This document shows positions 50,201-63,000 of a DNA stretch of 64,000 bases, piece after piece. The notes below the pieces were generated by a model. It made no database searches. It was not told the origin of the DNA and saw nothing but the letters and a program-made list of their open reading frames with translations. A program made the translations under genes and the position numbers. The DNA is from Lingula anatina (lineage: Eukaryota > Animalia > Brachiopoda). Location of the stretch: positions 36,785,967-36,849,966 of the forward strand of contig CM120640.1 in NCBI GenBank assembly GCA_051362555.1, in the 5' to 3' direction. The first letter of the stretch is position 1. The number at the start of each line of letters is the position of its first letter.

Positions 50201-53200
50201 CAGTCAGCTTCTGCAGCCACTGCTGGACCATGGTGGTTCGATAGTTGCCCTGGTGCGAAAAAAAAGAAAAATCTTATATCTGCTGAAGTTATACCACAAA
50301 GCAGTACAAAGATACCAATTAAAATGAAGATTGTATAAAACCATATACAAAAAGCCAACTAGACTGGATATCCATGCCAGAAGAATCACTTGAAAAGATT
50401 TGCCACCAGTACATACACTGGTGCCCACCATCAGGTGGGAAAGATCTTGTTTCTATATAAATATTCTTCTTATTTAAAATAAACAAGAACATGCTGAGTA
50501 TGATAATAATCCATGCTACTCACAGTGAAAGGTCCCAGGTAGGCCACACAGCCAGCAGACATAAGCACATCTCCAATCACATTGGCCACCATGTACTCCA
50601 GTCTCTCCACAGACTCCTGCCACCTGACTTTCTCTCCCGCCAGACCTCCAATGAGCTGAAAGAAAGTTGATCAAAGGAAACATAATATGACATATGTAAA
50701 ACAAAGCAAAAAAGTTACAGTTAGATGTGATATTTTAAGAGAACAGCTGAGGAGAATAGTGGTAAGGTTTAGATAAAGTGGCAGTAAGGGGGGGGGGGGG
50801 GAGTTAAAATCTCCAGCTATCATTCTTAATGTGAATAATATATAATTTCCACCATTAATGGTTCCCTAGAAGAAAACATAGGTCTAAGTGAATCTAGGAC
50901 AATTCCCCCCCCCCCCCCCGGACAATCCCCCCCCCCCCCCCCCCCCCGGACAATCCCCCCCCCCAGGACAATTCCCCCCGGACGATTCCCCCCCACCCCC
51001 CAGAAATATATATTAATATACAAATATAAAGTACAAAGTGTTAAGTTTAAAACATTTCATCCATTTTATTAATGTTTTTAGTGTGATAATACAACTTCAT
51101 CATGAAACAAATTATTTTATAACAAATTCCTTTTTGATTGAGTACAAGTACAGGAAGATTTAATAAATATCAAATCAAAGTATAACCACCTATACTTCAG
51201 GTAAAGGTGGGGTAAACAGATGAACAGGTAAACAGATATTTTATGAATATTTTAAGTGTGGTGGGTGGTGGGTAGTGGTCAAGCAATTAAAAGTGACAAA
51301 TGGTCAAGGGAAAACCTGGATGCACCTTGATTCAAGACTTACTCAACCAAGAGGGAGTAATAAAGCAATTAAAAGTAACAGTTAATTCATCAAAGGGTTA
51401 CCTGGATGAGTGAGATCATCTGTTTACCCCTCCTTTACCTGGGGATATACTTTGATCAGATTTATAAAAAAATGTTGTGTACTTCTATCTCGAAAATCGT
51501 ATGTACTTGTACTCCATGAAAATAATTTGTTTTATAAAATTAATATTATCTATCCTCGAGTTGCAACATCACACTAAGAAATATTCAGAAAATGGATGAA
51601 AAGATTTGAACTTTGTACGAGTTCTTTACTTTATATTTGTATATAAATATATATTCTTCGGGGGGAATCGTCGGGGGGGAATTGTCCTGGGGGGGAATTG
51701 TCCGGGGGGAATAGTCCGGGGGAGAATTGTCCGGGGGGGAATTGTCCTGATACCGGTCTAAGTATGTCTACCAATGAATTATTGTACTACATGTACTTTG
51801 AATAAATAAATACTAAGGATCTCATGTTGTACCTTATCTGCTCTTCCCAGCCTGGCCTCACACTCCTGAGTTTTGTCTTCCAGCTCTGTCTTCTTGCGCA
51901 CACAGTCATCATACTTGGCCTGCAGTAGGGCTATACCATCTTCCACCTCCTGGAGCCTGGCCTTGGCAGCATCCAGAATTTTCTGGGTTTCCGCTAGCTC
52001 AGCTTGGGCCTGTTGTAGAGCTGCCCTCTTGGGGGCTACAGCTTTAGATACAAAGTGGTACTTGTGCATAGCTCGCACCCACTGGCAGATAGAGGTACAC
52101 GCTTTTGAAACCTGGTTGAAAAAAAATCATAGTGATTAAAATTTTATCTATATACAAATTAATTTGAAAAATGAATTATATCAAGTTTACTTTGACCATA
52201 GTTATGTTACATCTATTTTTAAAATGTAAATAACTTTGTCAGCATAAAAATCAGAGAGAAAGAGAGAGAATAATATTTCAATGAAACCCAGTAAAAATAT
52301 CTAAAAAAAATCTTAACACAATTGCTTAAAAATTTTGAAGAGCAGACAGGTACCTTGGCAATAGCAGCAGGCTGGAAAGCCTCATTATCTATGTATGTCT
52401 GGATGGCCTTGATGGCAACATCTGGAATGTTATCCTTGTCATACTTGAACAAACTTTCCAGGAATTTGCCAGGATCTTGAAGTAATCCTTTTCCAGGCTC
52501 CCAATAGTCATCAATTTTTTCTCCAGGCTGCAACACAATTTTTCAAGAAGATTCATTATCATCATATATATATTTTGGTTATGGGAGTAATTTGTAAAAT
52601 TTCCATCATTTTAATGAAATTATATCTAAAACTGTATAATAACAAAAACCAAGAAAACTTTTTTCTTCTGTATTCATAGCATATTTATCTTTACCTTAAC
52701 TGAAAATAAAAACTGAAAACCACCTAAAAATTCAGTCCAGAACATTCTATGAGTCATTCAATTATTACCAGTTGTCAGAGTCTCATGAAGTCCCCCTACC
52801 TTAGATCCAGGCACTTTCTTGGGCTTGATGCTCTTCATGATGCACACAGCTTCAATAACCATGCGCACACCATCTGGTGGGCGTGTCATGGACCTCACTT
52901 CAACTACATCATTCTTGTTCAGAGACTTCAGACTTGCCAAGGCAGCATCCTGTGGAGAAAAGGAAAACAGAGTAAAGTGGTATTCTTGAATGTTAACACT
53001 AGAACCATCACAGCATTCATGAATACTTCTCAGTTGATGATTAGACAACACATAATAAAAGTTTCAGACAAAAAAACACCTTGATGGTGAGACACATGTA
53101 CACATACACACACATGTACACAAATATACAGTACAAATATAAACTTTGCATTGATGCTATAATTATTTCTATCATCTCCTCTTCCATATAAAGAAGGAAA

Positions 53201-56200
53201 AAAAGTCTGTTTCTAGAAACATCTATGTAATCAGTCCCTTACCAAGGCTGGCAGTGCTTCATTCAGATCTCTCTGTGCATCATCAGCAATGGCCTGGGTC
53301 TCCCTGGCTTTCTCCCCAGCCTGAGCCTCCTCCTTCTGGACAACTGCCTTGGTCTCCTCGGCTACTTTCTGGAAATAAAATTTTGTTGTTTTTTTTAATT
53401 TAAAATATTGCTCATTTGATTCATCTGGCTAAACAGGAGTTTACGGGGCAAATTATTATAAAATTTGTGCTTAGTTTACCAATCACACCTAAACCTTAAT
53501 CCCATGTTACTACAGTATGTCATATTTTAAGGTCAATTTAATTTTTATCATTTTTATCAGGTTAGCAATCAGGAACCAACTGAGGGAAGTGGACCATTTG
53601 ATAAGACCTATTAATAACATAATCCTTCTGCTAACTCCTTAGTAAACTGCACTTTCAGACATCTAAAGGAATCACAAATAATGCAGCTCAGTCTGGACAG
53701 TTGCAACATTGGAATAATCATAAATATATATAAAACACTGCATCATTTCCAATTAGACTGATATTAAAATCTATTTGTTACAATTCTTTGTTGCACACTG
53801 AGATTTCCTCTTATAGGAAATAAACAATTTGAGGCAAAACCTCAAAATGTGTGGTGACTACAGCATCGACTTGGTGTCATATACTGACCGTGTCCACTGA
53901 AATCTTCTCCATGGTCACTATGGACTCTTGCACTGCTTCCTCCAGAAGTGGCCTCATGGTCTCCAGCTCTTCCTGAAGCTTAGCCACCTCATCAGCAGTA
54001 GTGAGGAGCTGGCAAGATGAAAAGGTAAAATTTTATAAATATTAAAGGGCAAGCTTAAAAATGTAAAGGCCAGTGCTAATAATTAAAGAAGCATTCCTGC
54101 CTGCTTGTTGATGTAATCATTTCATCAAAATGATTTGGACTATGTGGTGCACTTTTCCACTAATTATCGATAGACTGATATGTTTTTGTGGGTAATACTG
54201 AACCAAGTACAATATAAAAGATAAAAGTAAAGGTACCTTATCTAGACCAGTTTTCATTCTGTTTTTAGCAAGAGTAAGTTCATTTCTCTTGATAGACACC
54301 AGATTAGAGAAAATCCCCAATAACTCCAGGTAACTTGTTGGAGTGACATACACATGTCTGGACATCTCAGCTAGGTACAGTCTGGCATTCTCTATCACAT
54401 TCTGATGAATTACTTGACACATAACAACCTATAATAAAAATAATAATCATTATTATTACAATTATCATGTAAGGACAAGAATATCACTATTTTCAAATGA
54501 GAAGATTTTTTAAATATAAACACAAACTTACAGATCACACTGTTACTATGTACAGTGGTCTTCTGACACAGATAAAAAATTTATGTCAAGATAAATTTTT
54601 AAGATCTGGTCACTTGGGAGTATCACTATAAAAAAAATAAAAACTAAACAAAACAAACAAACAAACAAACAAAAAAACTTATATTATAAACTATTTCAAA
54701 AAAACATTTTTTGAATCAGACAGTGCTATAGGAGCGTTTGTGTGTACATACCAGGCCATCAAATACAGTTTCACTGGCGTCCAAATCAACAATATCATTC
54801 AAAAACTTCATGGCCACAGAGCGGAGAGCATCATCAGGCCACTCACTAAACCAGTCTATAGTACAGCAGTTCACCAGTGCTGGGAACATACGCAGACGTG
54901 CACGGAATATTTCACCAATAGGACTGAAATCAAGGTAAAAAATGTACCATAATTACTGACAAGTTTCAACAAACTCACAAATGAAAAAAAAAAAAAATTA
55001 CAGGTGTTATCTTTTCAAGTTACTCATAAAAACATACTTTCTGACATGTACCCAAACTCACTACATAGAAATAATTCTAGATATCTAATACTATAAAATT
55101 GTTTTCCAAAACTGCATGCTTACTCTATGAATCCCTTGAATGTAACTTAAAAACTTTTTCATCTAATCATCGAGTTTTATATATGATTATGCTTTATTTA
55201 AGTCTTCAGAAAACTGACCTCATTGTTACCACAGTGTGCAGATTGCTTCTGACTCTTTTAGTAAAAGCAGAAAACAAGTTAGTTTTAGTCGGCTGATAGC
55301 CAGCATCCTGTACAATAGGCTTCATGGCAGTATAGATCTGGTCCAGCTCATCAAAAGCATAGATGTTGGGCACATCACCAGAATTTAAGATGTTGTTCAA
55401 ATCCTCCAAGAAAGATTCGCTTTTTATCTGAAAGGAAACAATAAAAAATGTCTTTCTTCCTATGACTACAAATGCATTCATATCTCTACATCATATTGTA
55501 TAAAACATCAAAGTTTAGAAGAAATGAATGAATTCAAAGTTTAACGTTATTTCAATTTCTATTCTATGACTTATACTTGTGTATTCTCGTACTTGTGGTA
55601 TGTTTTTGGTCACAGCACTTCTTTTCTTAAATCACAGTTATAGATATTAGAAAAAGTACCCCCCCCCCCCCCCCCCCCCCCCCCCCCGTCCCAAGCAATC
55701 TGAATTCAAAGTCAGTTGAAAATGTTACTAAAGAAAGCCTTACCTGTGTATCACTAAACAAGAAAACTATTGATTTATTCTCTAATCCTGCTTTCAACAT
55801 GATGGTTTTCAAATCCTCCCTCCACTCAGTCATGCCATAGTTCTTAGCCAGCTCGATCTGGAAACAGTCATATTCAGACCTGGAAGAAAAACAGGAGTTC
55901 TATAGGTAAAGGTTTTTCAATGAGAAAAAAATATGCGGTCCTAAGCTTGTAAATTGTTAATACTGTATGTTCATAACTCTAATTCTTCTGAAAATTAAAA
56001 TCACCAATATTTTTCAATATCAAGTACAAGTGCCAAACCTCTATTAATGGTAGGTATGGTGATGAAGCTATATCTTTAAGTTATAAATATAATTACATGT
56101 GTGCTGCCAGCCTGGTAAGACTCTGTCTGCCACTACCACCCATTCCCAGCAGTAAGGCATTCCCCAGGGGCTGTCTGATGATACGACTTATACGACACAA

Positions 56201-59200
56201 GTGCTTCATGGCATCCATAAAGAGCACCAAGTTCATCTTTGCTGTGTTGATTTGATTGTAGTCCTCAAGGTACTCCTCCATGACTTTTGCCATCTTTTAA
56301 GAAAAAAAAAAGATGAAATAAATGAATGTCTACTCAATAAGAAATATGCAAAATTCACATCTCTCGAAGTGTCTGATGCATTTTGACAGAATAACTGAAA
56401 ATATCACTTATAATATCTTGATTTTTGAATACTCCATAAAATTCATACACTGGTAAGTTCCATGCAAATGAACATGAGTATCAAATAAGTGCTGAATTTA
56501 AATATATTAAATTAAGCAAAAATATATAAATATACAAATGAATAAATGAAAAATAAATTATTAATTCATAAAAGAAAATTAACAAACAAACAGAAAAAAA
56601 ACTTGTCCTTGGTCCAGCCACCAACCTTAGCATGATCCTCTATTTCTGCATAGACTTTGTTGTCTACATTGGGCACCATGAAGTCTCCATATAGGATAGG
56701 CAGTGAGGGCACAGCATCTTGAAACTGAATGTGGAAGTCTGCCAGCATGTGTTCTTTCATCAAGTTGTCAAACCAGTCCCTGTCTTCATCATTCACCAAA
56801 CGGTCCTGGAACACGCGGCAACTCTCGTGGTACCACAGACGCAGGAATTCCTGCAGTGTCTGCAATGGAATGGAAATGGAATCTTTTAATTATTGTTAAC
56901 AGAATGATAGCTACAATAAACTCTTGAAATGTTTTTTGACATTATCAGATGACCAGTATATAGATGTACAGAATATAAATATAAGTTTCTGAACTTATGT
57001 TAATGCCTATCAACAGATTATTACTACAAGTTTAATAAAACACTATAATCATAGATATAGATTTGAAAATGTGTGTATATACAAAGCTGAAATATTCCAT
57101 CAAACATGATTTTTTAATACTCCATAAAATCAACTTTGCAAAGATTGCTATGTGTAAATGCATGGATGAGTTAGAATCAGCTGTTAATGAGGCAGATTGG
57201 ATTCATTACCTCCAGCTTAGCAGCGTCTGCCATGAGCATGCCCTGGAAGACTTTGGAGAGATCCCTCAAGTTGAATGTGTAGTGGCTCTTGGCTGGTGTT
57301 GGTAGCAGCTGTTTTAGAATGGTGTTGTACATATCAATACAGGTGTCCACCATTTGGTCACCATGGTCACGCACTGCTGGAGGACTGGCAGCTGTAAGGT
57401 GACAGAAAAAGTGTATTCAACATCTGACTTAAACAGACAAGTCTAAATAACTGGCTACATTGACTGCAACATATACATTCAACTTCAACATTGCTCCAAA
57501 CAATCTTGTTAACCATAAAATGTTTGCTGGAAGCTAAAAATACATACTCGTAGCAAATAGCTGACATTACCATGGGGAGACACGTGCTGTATAGGTATTA
57601 ATACAATGTTTTCACCTAAAAACCAGTTCAAGATGGTTCCAAAGATCGTCCGCTTGCTGTCATCCTCCAGGTCTGTGAAGGCCAGGTAGTTGAAGTGACG
57701 CAGCAGTCTGGGAGTGACTGGATTACGTCCACCACCAGGGGGACCCATTGCAGTCACAAAGTTCACATCAACAAGATGGCGGAAATCTCCTATGGCCTTT
57801 CTGTCGTACCAGCCTTTGAAGTCCATCCACTGTCTGATCAGTTCAATAGGTGGCTGGGCCCCATAAGTCTCCAGGGCAGGCATGTTCAAGTCATCAACAA
57901 AAAAGATGAAGTATTTTCCAAGAGGAGGTCCAAATACTCCCTTTCGCCTGGAATAATGGCCACAAGGAAATTGTAGGCATTGGTACATAAAATTGGGATT
58001 TAATATACCATATCTTTAATATGAGGTAACATTAATAAAATTAACACCGAAAAAATTACCAAGAAAGTTTTTTTATAGGACTTATAAGTGCTGTCTGAGT
58101 GCTCAGAATTCATATACAAAACCACTGTTACATACTAATAAAAATAATTATATCATTCACAATTTTGATATTTAAAAAATCCAACTTTTTACCTTTTGTC
58201 AAGTTTGCCATCAATCAGATCTTGTGTCTGGTTTGCACTGGTTTTGGCAGAAAACACGATGAATTCTGGGATATACTGTTTTGGCATGCCTCTGCTCAGT
58301 TTGTCTGCCAGGGAGAGGGTCTTTCCTGTCCCAGTAGGACCCACACACAATACCTGGAGGAAAAATCATTGTCAAGGTATACATTAATAAATTTCCAACT
58401 AAATTGGAAGGAAATTATCACTTCTGCATTGAAATTAACCTTAGGAAATAGTGAAATATTTATCAATAAAAATGTAAACTATAACTTGTCTAGTGAAATT
58501 TCCCTTAAGAGAGTGAAATCCTTATCAATACAAAAAAACCTGAGGTAATATATTGAAAGAAAGCAAAAGAAAAAATATATATGGAAACCAAAGGACATGA
58601 GCATGAGAGTCAATTTTTGATTTTTGGTAATATTTTTTATTTTGTTTCAAAACTATGAATGACTTCTATTTCCTTTTTTCCCTTTTTAAATGGAACTTAC
58701 TGTTTTATTGTTAGACAGAAGTATTTCAATGATGTATGCACTTCTGATGGTGTCCATGGTGGGCACAATGATGTCTGAGAACTTGCTGTCTGGGGGAATA
58801 GAGAAATGAGCACGGCCGTGGAACCAATCCAACCACTGAATCTAGATCAGAAAAATAAAAACACTCAGATTCTTTTTTTACCAATAAAAAGCCACAATTT
58901 GTTCTAAAATGGACTTTAAATTGATGTAACCATTGAACCAGAACAGTATCATGGTGCCATTTTTTTTTTCAATATAACAAACAGTTACATGTTATTTACC
59001 AGACTTCAAACTGGTAATTACAAGTAAGTGGATCTACTTCCTCTATGAATTGTGTCAAATTTCAACAAAGTGTTAGAAAAAGCTTGCAAAATCTTGGTGT
59101 TTTATTTTGTACCTTGCGTTCTCCACCTGCATCCTCCTCCTCGTCATCTCCATGGCCTCCACTAATGCCTCCATCATCCAACCTATAGTCATACACCAAG

Positions 59201-59436
59201 CCTTTCTCTGGGAATGGCATTGTGCACTGGAATGAAGGTTCTTAATTTTATGCATAAAAATATAATGTTTTACATGAGAACATAATATGTACAGTTGATA
59301 CATAAAAATCACAAACTTCTTATTTTCCAGAAACACACCCAAAAAATGTCTCATCATCCAATTCATACCAAACATAAAGTCTGCTTTTGGAACAGACATA
59401 AATTATTATTAGGTTTTACACACACACACGCACGCA

Positions 59437-59514
<78 letters not shown>

Positions 59515-60005
59515 ATGCCCACTTACATTTTCTTTCTTCATCTTCTCTCTGAGGTAATCGCTGAACTTCTTCCTTCCATCATTATCACAGGTGGCGCCCA
59601 CAGTCCAGATCAGGGAGAAGATAAACCAAGGCTCAATGAGATCCACAATACGCTCCAGTTGTTCCTCTGGCATTTCCTTTTCTCCCTGTGTTCATGTAAA
59701 AATACAAAACATCCTGTACTTTCTTTTCTCAACTAGTGGACTCTCTTTGAGAGCTGCTAATATTTTGTGAAAAATGTGAAAAAGTATAATAATCATATTT
59801 TTCAATTGCTTCATAATCAAAGCAAAAGCCATGCCTTGTACATAATTAAATTGGTTGTCAATACCATTTAATAATACAGGTATATCTATATGCATATGGG
59901 ACATTGTTAATGATGTTTGAACCTAAATGCAGGACTATAAATGACACTATAAGTATCTTAAAATGTGAATATAATAGCAATAGGCTATTAGATGCTAATT
60001 ATACA

Positions 60006-60094
<89 letters not shown>

Positions 60095-63000
60095 CACGCA
60101 TGAGCACATGCAAATAGCATGATACTTTGATGATTGGATTCTAGATTCATACTTAGAAATTGCCTATGACTATATATAGCTATAATAGCTTTATTACTGG
60201 CAGATATCTATGAAAAAAGAATAAGGTTGCAATTTTGTTTATTATTTATCAATGATAATTGGGTAAAAGCAGGACTAGCCTAGTGGGATTTTTATACTGC
60301 CTACCCGACACCCCTGAAAAGCATGTTTTATATGCTTAACTACAAATAATACTCTCTAGACCTGAGTATTTCTTACCCGTTGATACTTCCCTGGTACCCT
60401 GTGCTATTTAAAATAAACCCCAAACAGATTAAAGCAAAACACAAAAATATGTTAAATTAAACATGACTGCAATAGAGAATTGGCTAAATGCCAATTAAGA
60501 GATCCAATAAAAACAGAAATAAACAAGTAACATCAAAGAAAATAACAGAAATGACTCTTCCATAAATCACTTCTGACTTGTATTGGGTTAAGAGAGAATG
60601 ATTAATATTTTAAATACAACTCCACTTACTACTTCTTCTTCCTCATCACCCAATATTAAATGCTGGATGCACAGATAAAGACAGCAAGGAGAGAAGATGG
60701 AAAGTTAGGAGAAGAAAACAAAGACAAGAGAAGGACATAGATATGAAAAGTGTCAAATGTGAAAACAAAACACACTGATCAAACACTTGTCATTAAATGT
60801 GATAAAAAAAAGAGAAGTAGTACTATCTAAAATGGCTGTTCAAATATAAAGGAAACATGTAGGAAGTGAAAATATCAGGCTACCTCTGTGTACTTCATCA
60901 CATGATTATTTATAATTTAATATGATAAACTAGAGAAGTTGATGTTTATATCACCACACCCACCTCTTTAGGAATGAAGGGGGTGAAGTAGCATTCCAGC
61001 AGTTTCAACAAACTAAAGGTCAAGTTGCTGTCCATAGATGGCACAAATTCTTTCATATTGCCTCGCAGGAAATGAATGGAATCCTGAAAATTTCACAAAC
61101 AAAATCATTTAAAATGTCACTGAGCATATATAAGCTCTCTGTAATCTATTTGCTAAAACAGGCAAAATATTAAATCTCATAATGCAAACACATGTTGATA
61201 TATTACATGTTAACATGTTACATGAAATCCATATTTCTTTGTAAAATAGTAAAAATAATCAAAATAACAACAACACAATCTGGTTACCTCCAGAAATGCA
61301 TCAAAGAGTGCCTGGAACTTGTCCTTGTGTGGGTATATAGCATCAGGCAGCCTCTTAAGCCAGCACTCTACAAATGGTGACAGGCCCAGAATACTGGGTT
61401 CCAGGTACACCATACCACACCTACTGACAGTGGCAGGGGAGGCCACTGCCAGGTCCTGCACTTCAAACATCATAGTCATGTGCTGGAAGAAATAAGATGT
61501 GTTAATTCTTAAGGTTTATTGCTCACTCAATTGAAGAAAATATGTTGAAATATTCCACAAAAGAATTTCTAGTAATAGGTTTTTAATATGTGGCGACAAT
61601 ATGTTAGGAATGAAAAATGAGAGATGTTTGCAAAAAACAGAATTTTATGTAAATTCGAGAAAGAAAAAAGCTTTTTTAAATTATCCAGAATGGTAGAACA
61701 TAAATTTTTTTATGAAAAATAAAATAACTTATGATATAAGATGCCCAACACAAACACCATAAGAAAAAAAAAACATGCACATATTTAACAAACATGACTA
61801 TATGAAGAAAAAACTGGGACATCAGTTGTCAAAAATTGTAGAATCCCAAATACCCCGAATGTACACATACACTTCTACATTATATACCTCAGTTAATTTG
61901 ATGATCTCTCCACTGCTGAGACACAACTTCTTATTGTCATCCAGCACAGTGTTCATGTTCTCAATCCACACAGCATCCACAGGGCCATCAAACAGATACC
62001 AACGCTTGTCTGCATCCTGGGCAGAGCAGCCCTGTCTGATCAGAGTGGACAAGATTCCATCAGTCCTGGAATAAAAAGAAAAAAAAAATAATAGCATATC
62101 CAGTAGAGCATAAAATAGGAGGAATATGATTTCATATATCAAATATACCAGTACTTACTAACCCTACTCACCTTACTCCAAAATTACTCATCATCAATGA
62201 ATAACAGCAGTTAACAGCTACATGCATTGCTTTTACAGGCAGTAACAAAAGGAAAGAAAAAAGGAAAAAAAAACACTTAGTCTAGTAGTTCAAATGCAGA
62301 CATATAAATGTGCCTACCATTCGTGTGTCATGAGATCAAACTCTCCATACAGCTGTCCCATAGTGATGGACTTGGGGTTGAGGATATAGGTGTGGGTAGC
62401 CTCAAAGGGCACACCAGCTGGAGATGGTTCTCCCTTCAGTGAAGTCATGGCTTTCTGCAGGACCTCATAACACTAGAAATGAAAACAAAATGTGAAAATG
62501 TGCTAAAACCATTTGCAATTAAAAGGACTCTTGTAGCATAAAAGGTAACTATGATTCTTGTACTATCACAGCATAAACTGATGACACTTCACTCCACAAC
62601 TGTCCATAGTATATTATGGCATTTTCTATAATATGGCATTATTTTGTTTATATATCCTCTTAAATTTAATTTCAACTTTTTTTTTTATTTTGCAATCTTA
62701 AATATAATGTATTCAAGGTCATACTTTTGTCTTTCCGGAACCAGTTGGCCCAACCAACATAAGTCCATGGCGCACAACAGTGGTCTCATAAAGCTGAATG
62801 CACTTGTGTAGGAATCCATCCACTTCTTTGATGCCGAGTTTGACACAGGACTTGTTGAGGGCTTCACTAAGAGCTCCATAGTCAATAGGTTCCTCTCTAA
62901 ATAAAAAATAGGCAATATTAGAGGTTCAGAAAAAAGGTACGAATCACAATCCAAGTACACTATATAGAAGTCTGAGGCATTCAGCAGTTAACAAAGTGAA

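Noticed and set aside
53480-53488. Possible 9-nt DNAH1 microexon GTGTGATTG
   Set aside because: In-frame TGA and no pyrimidine tract.
59000-59010. Possible 11-nt DNAH1 microexon (ccag|TTTGAAGTCTG|gtaaat)
   Set aside because: Not a multiple of 3, poor pyrimidine tract, upstream AGs nearby.
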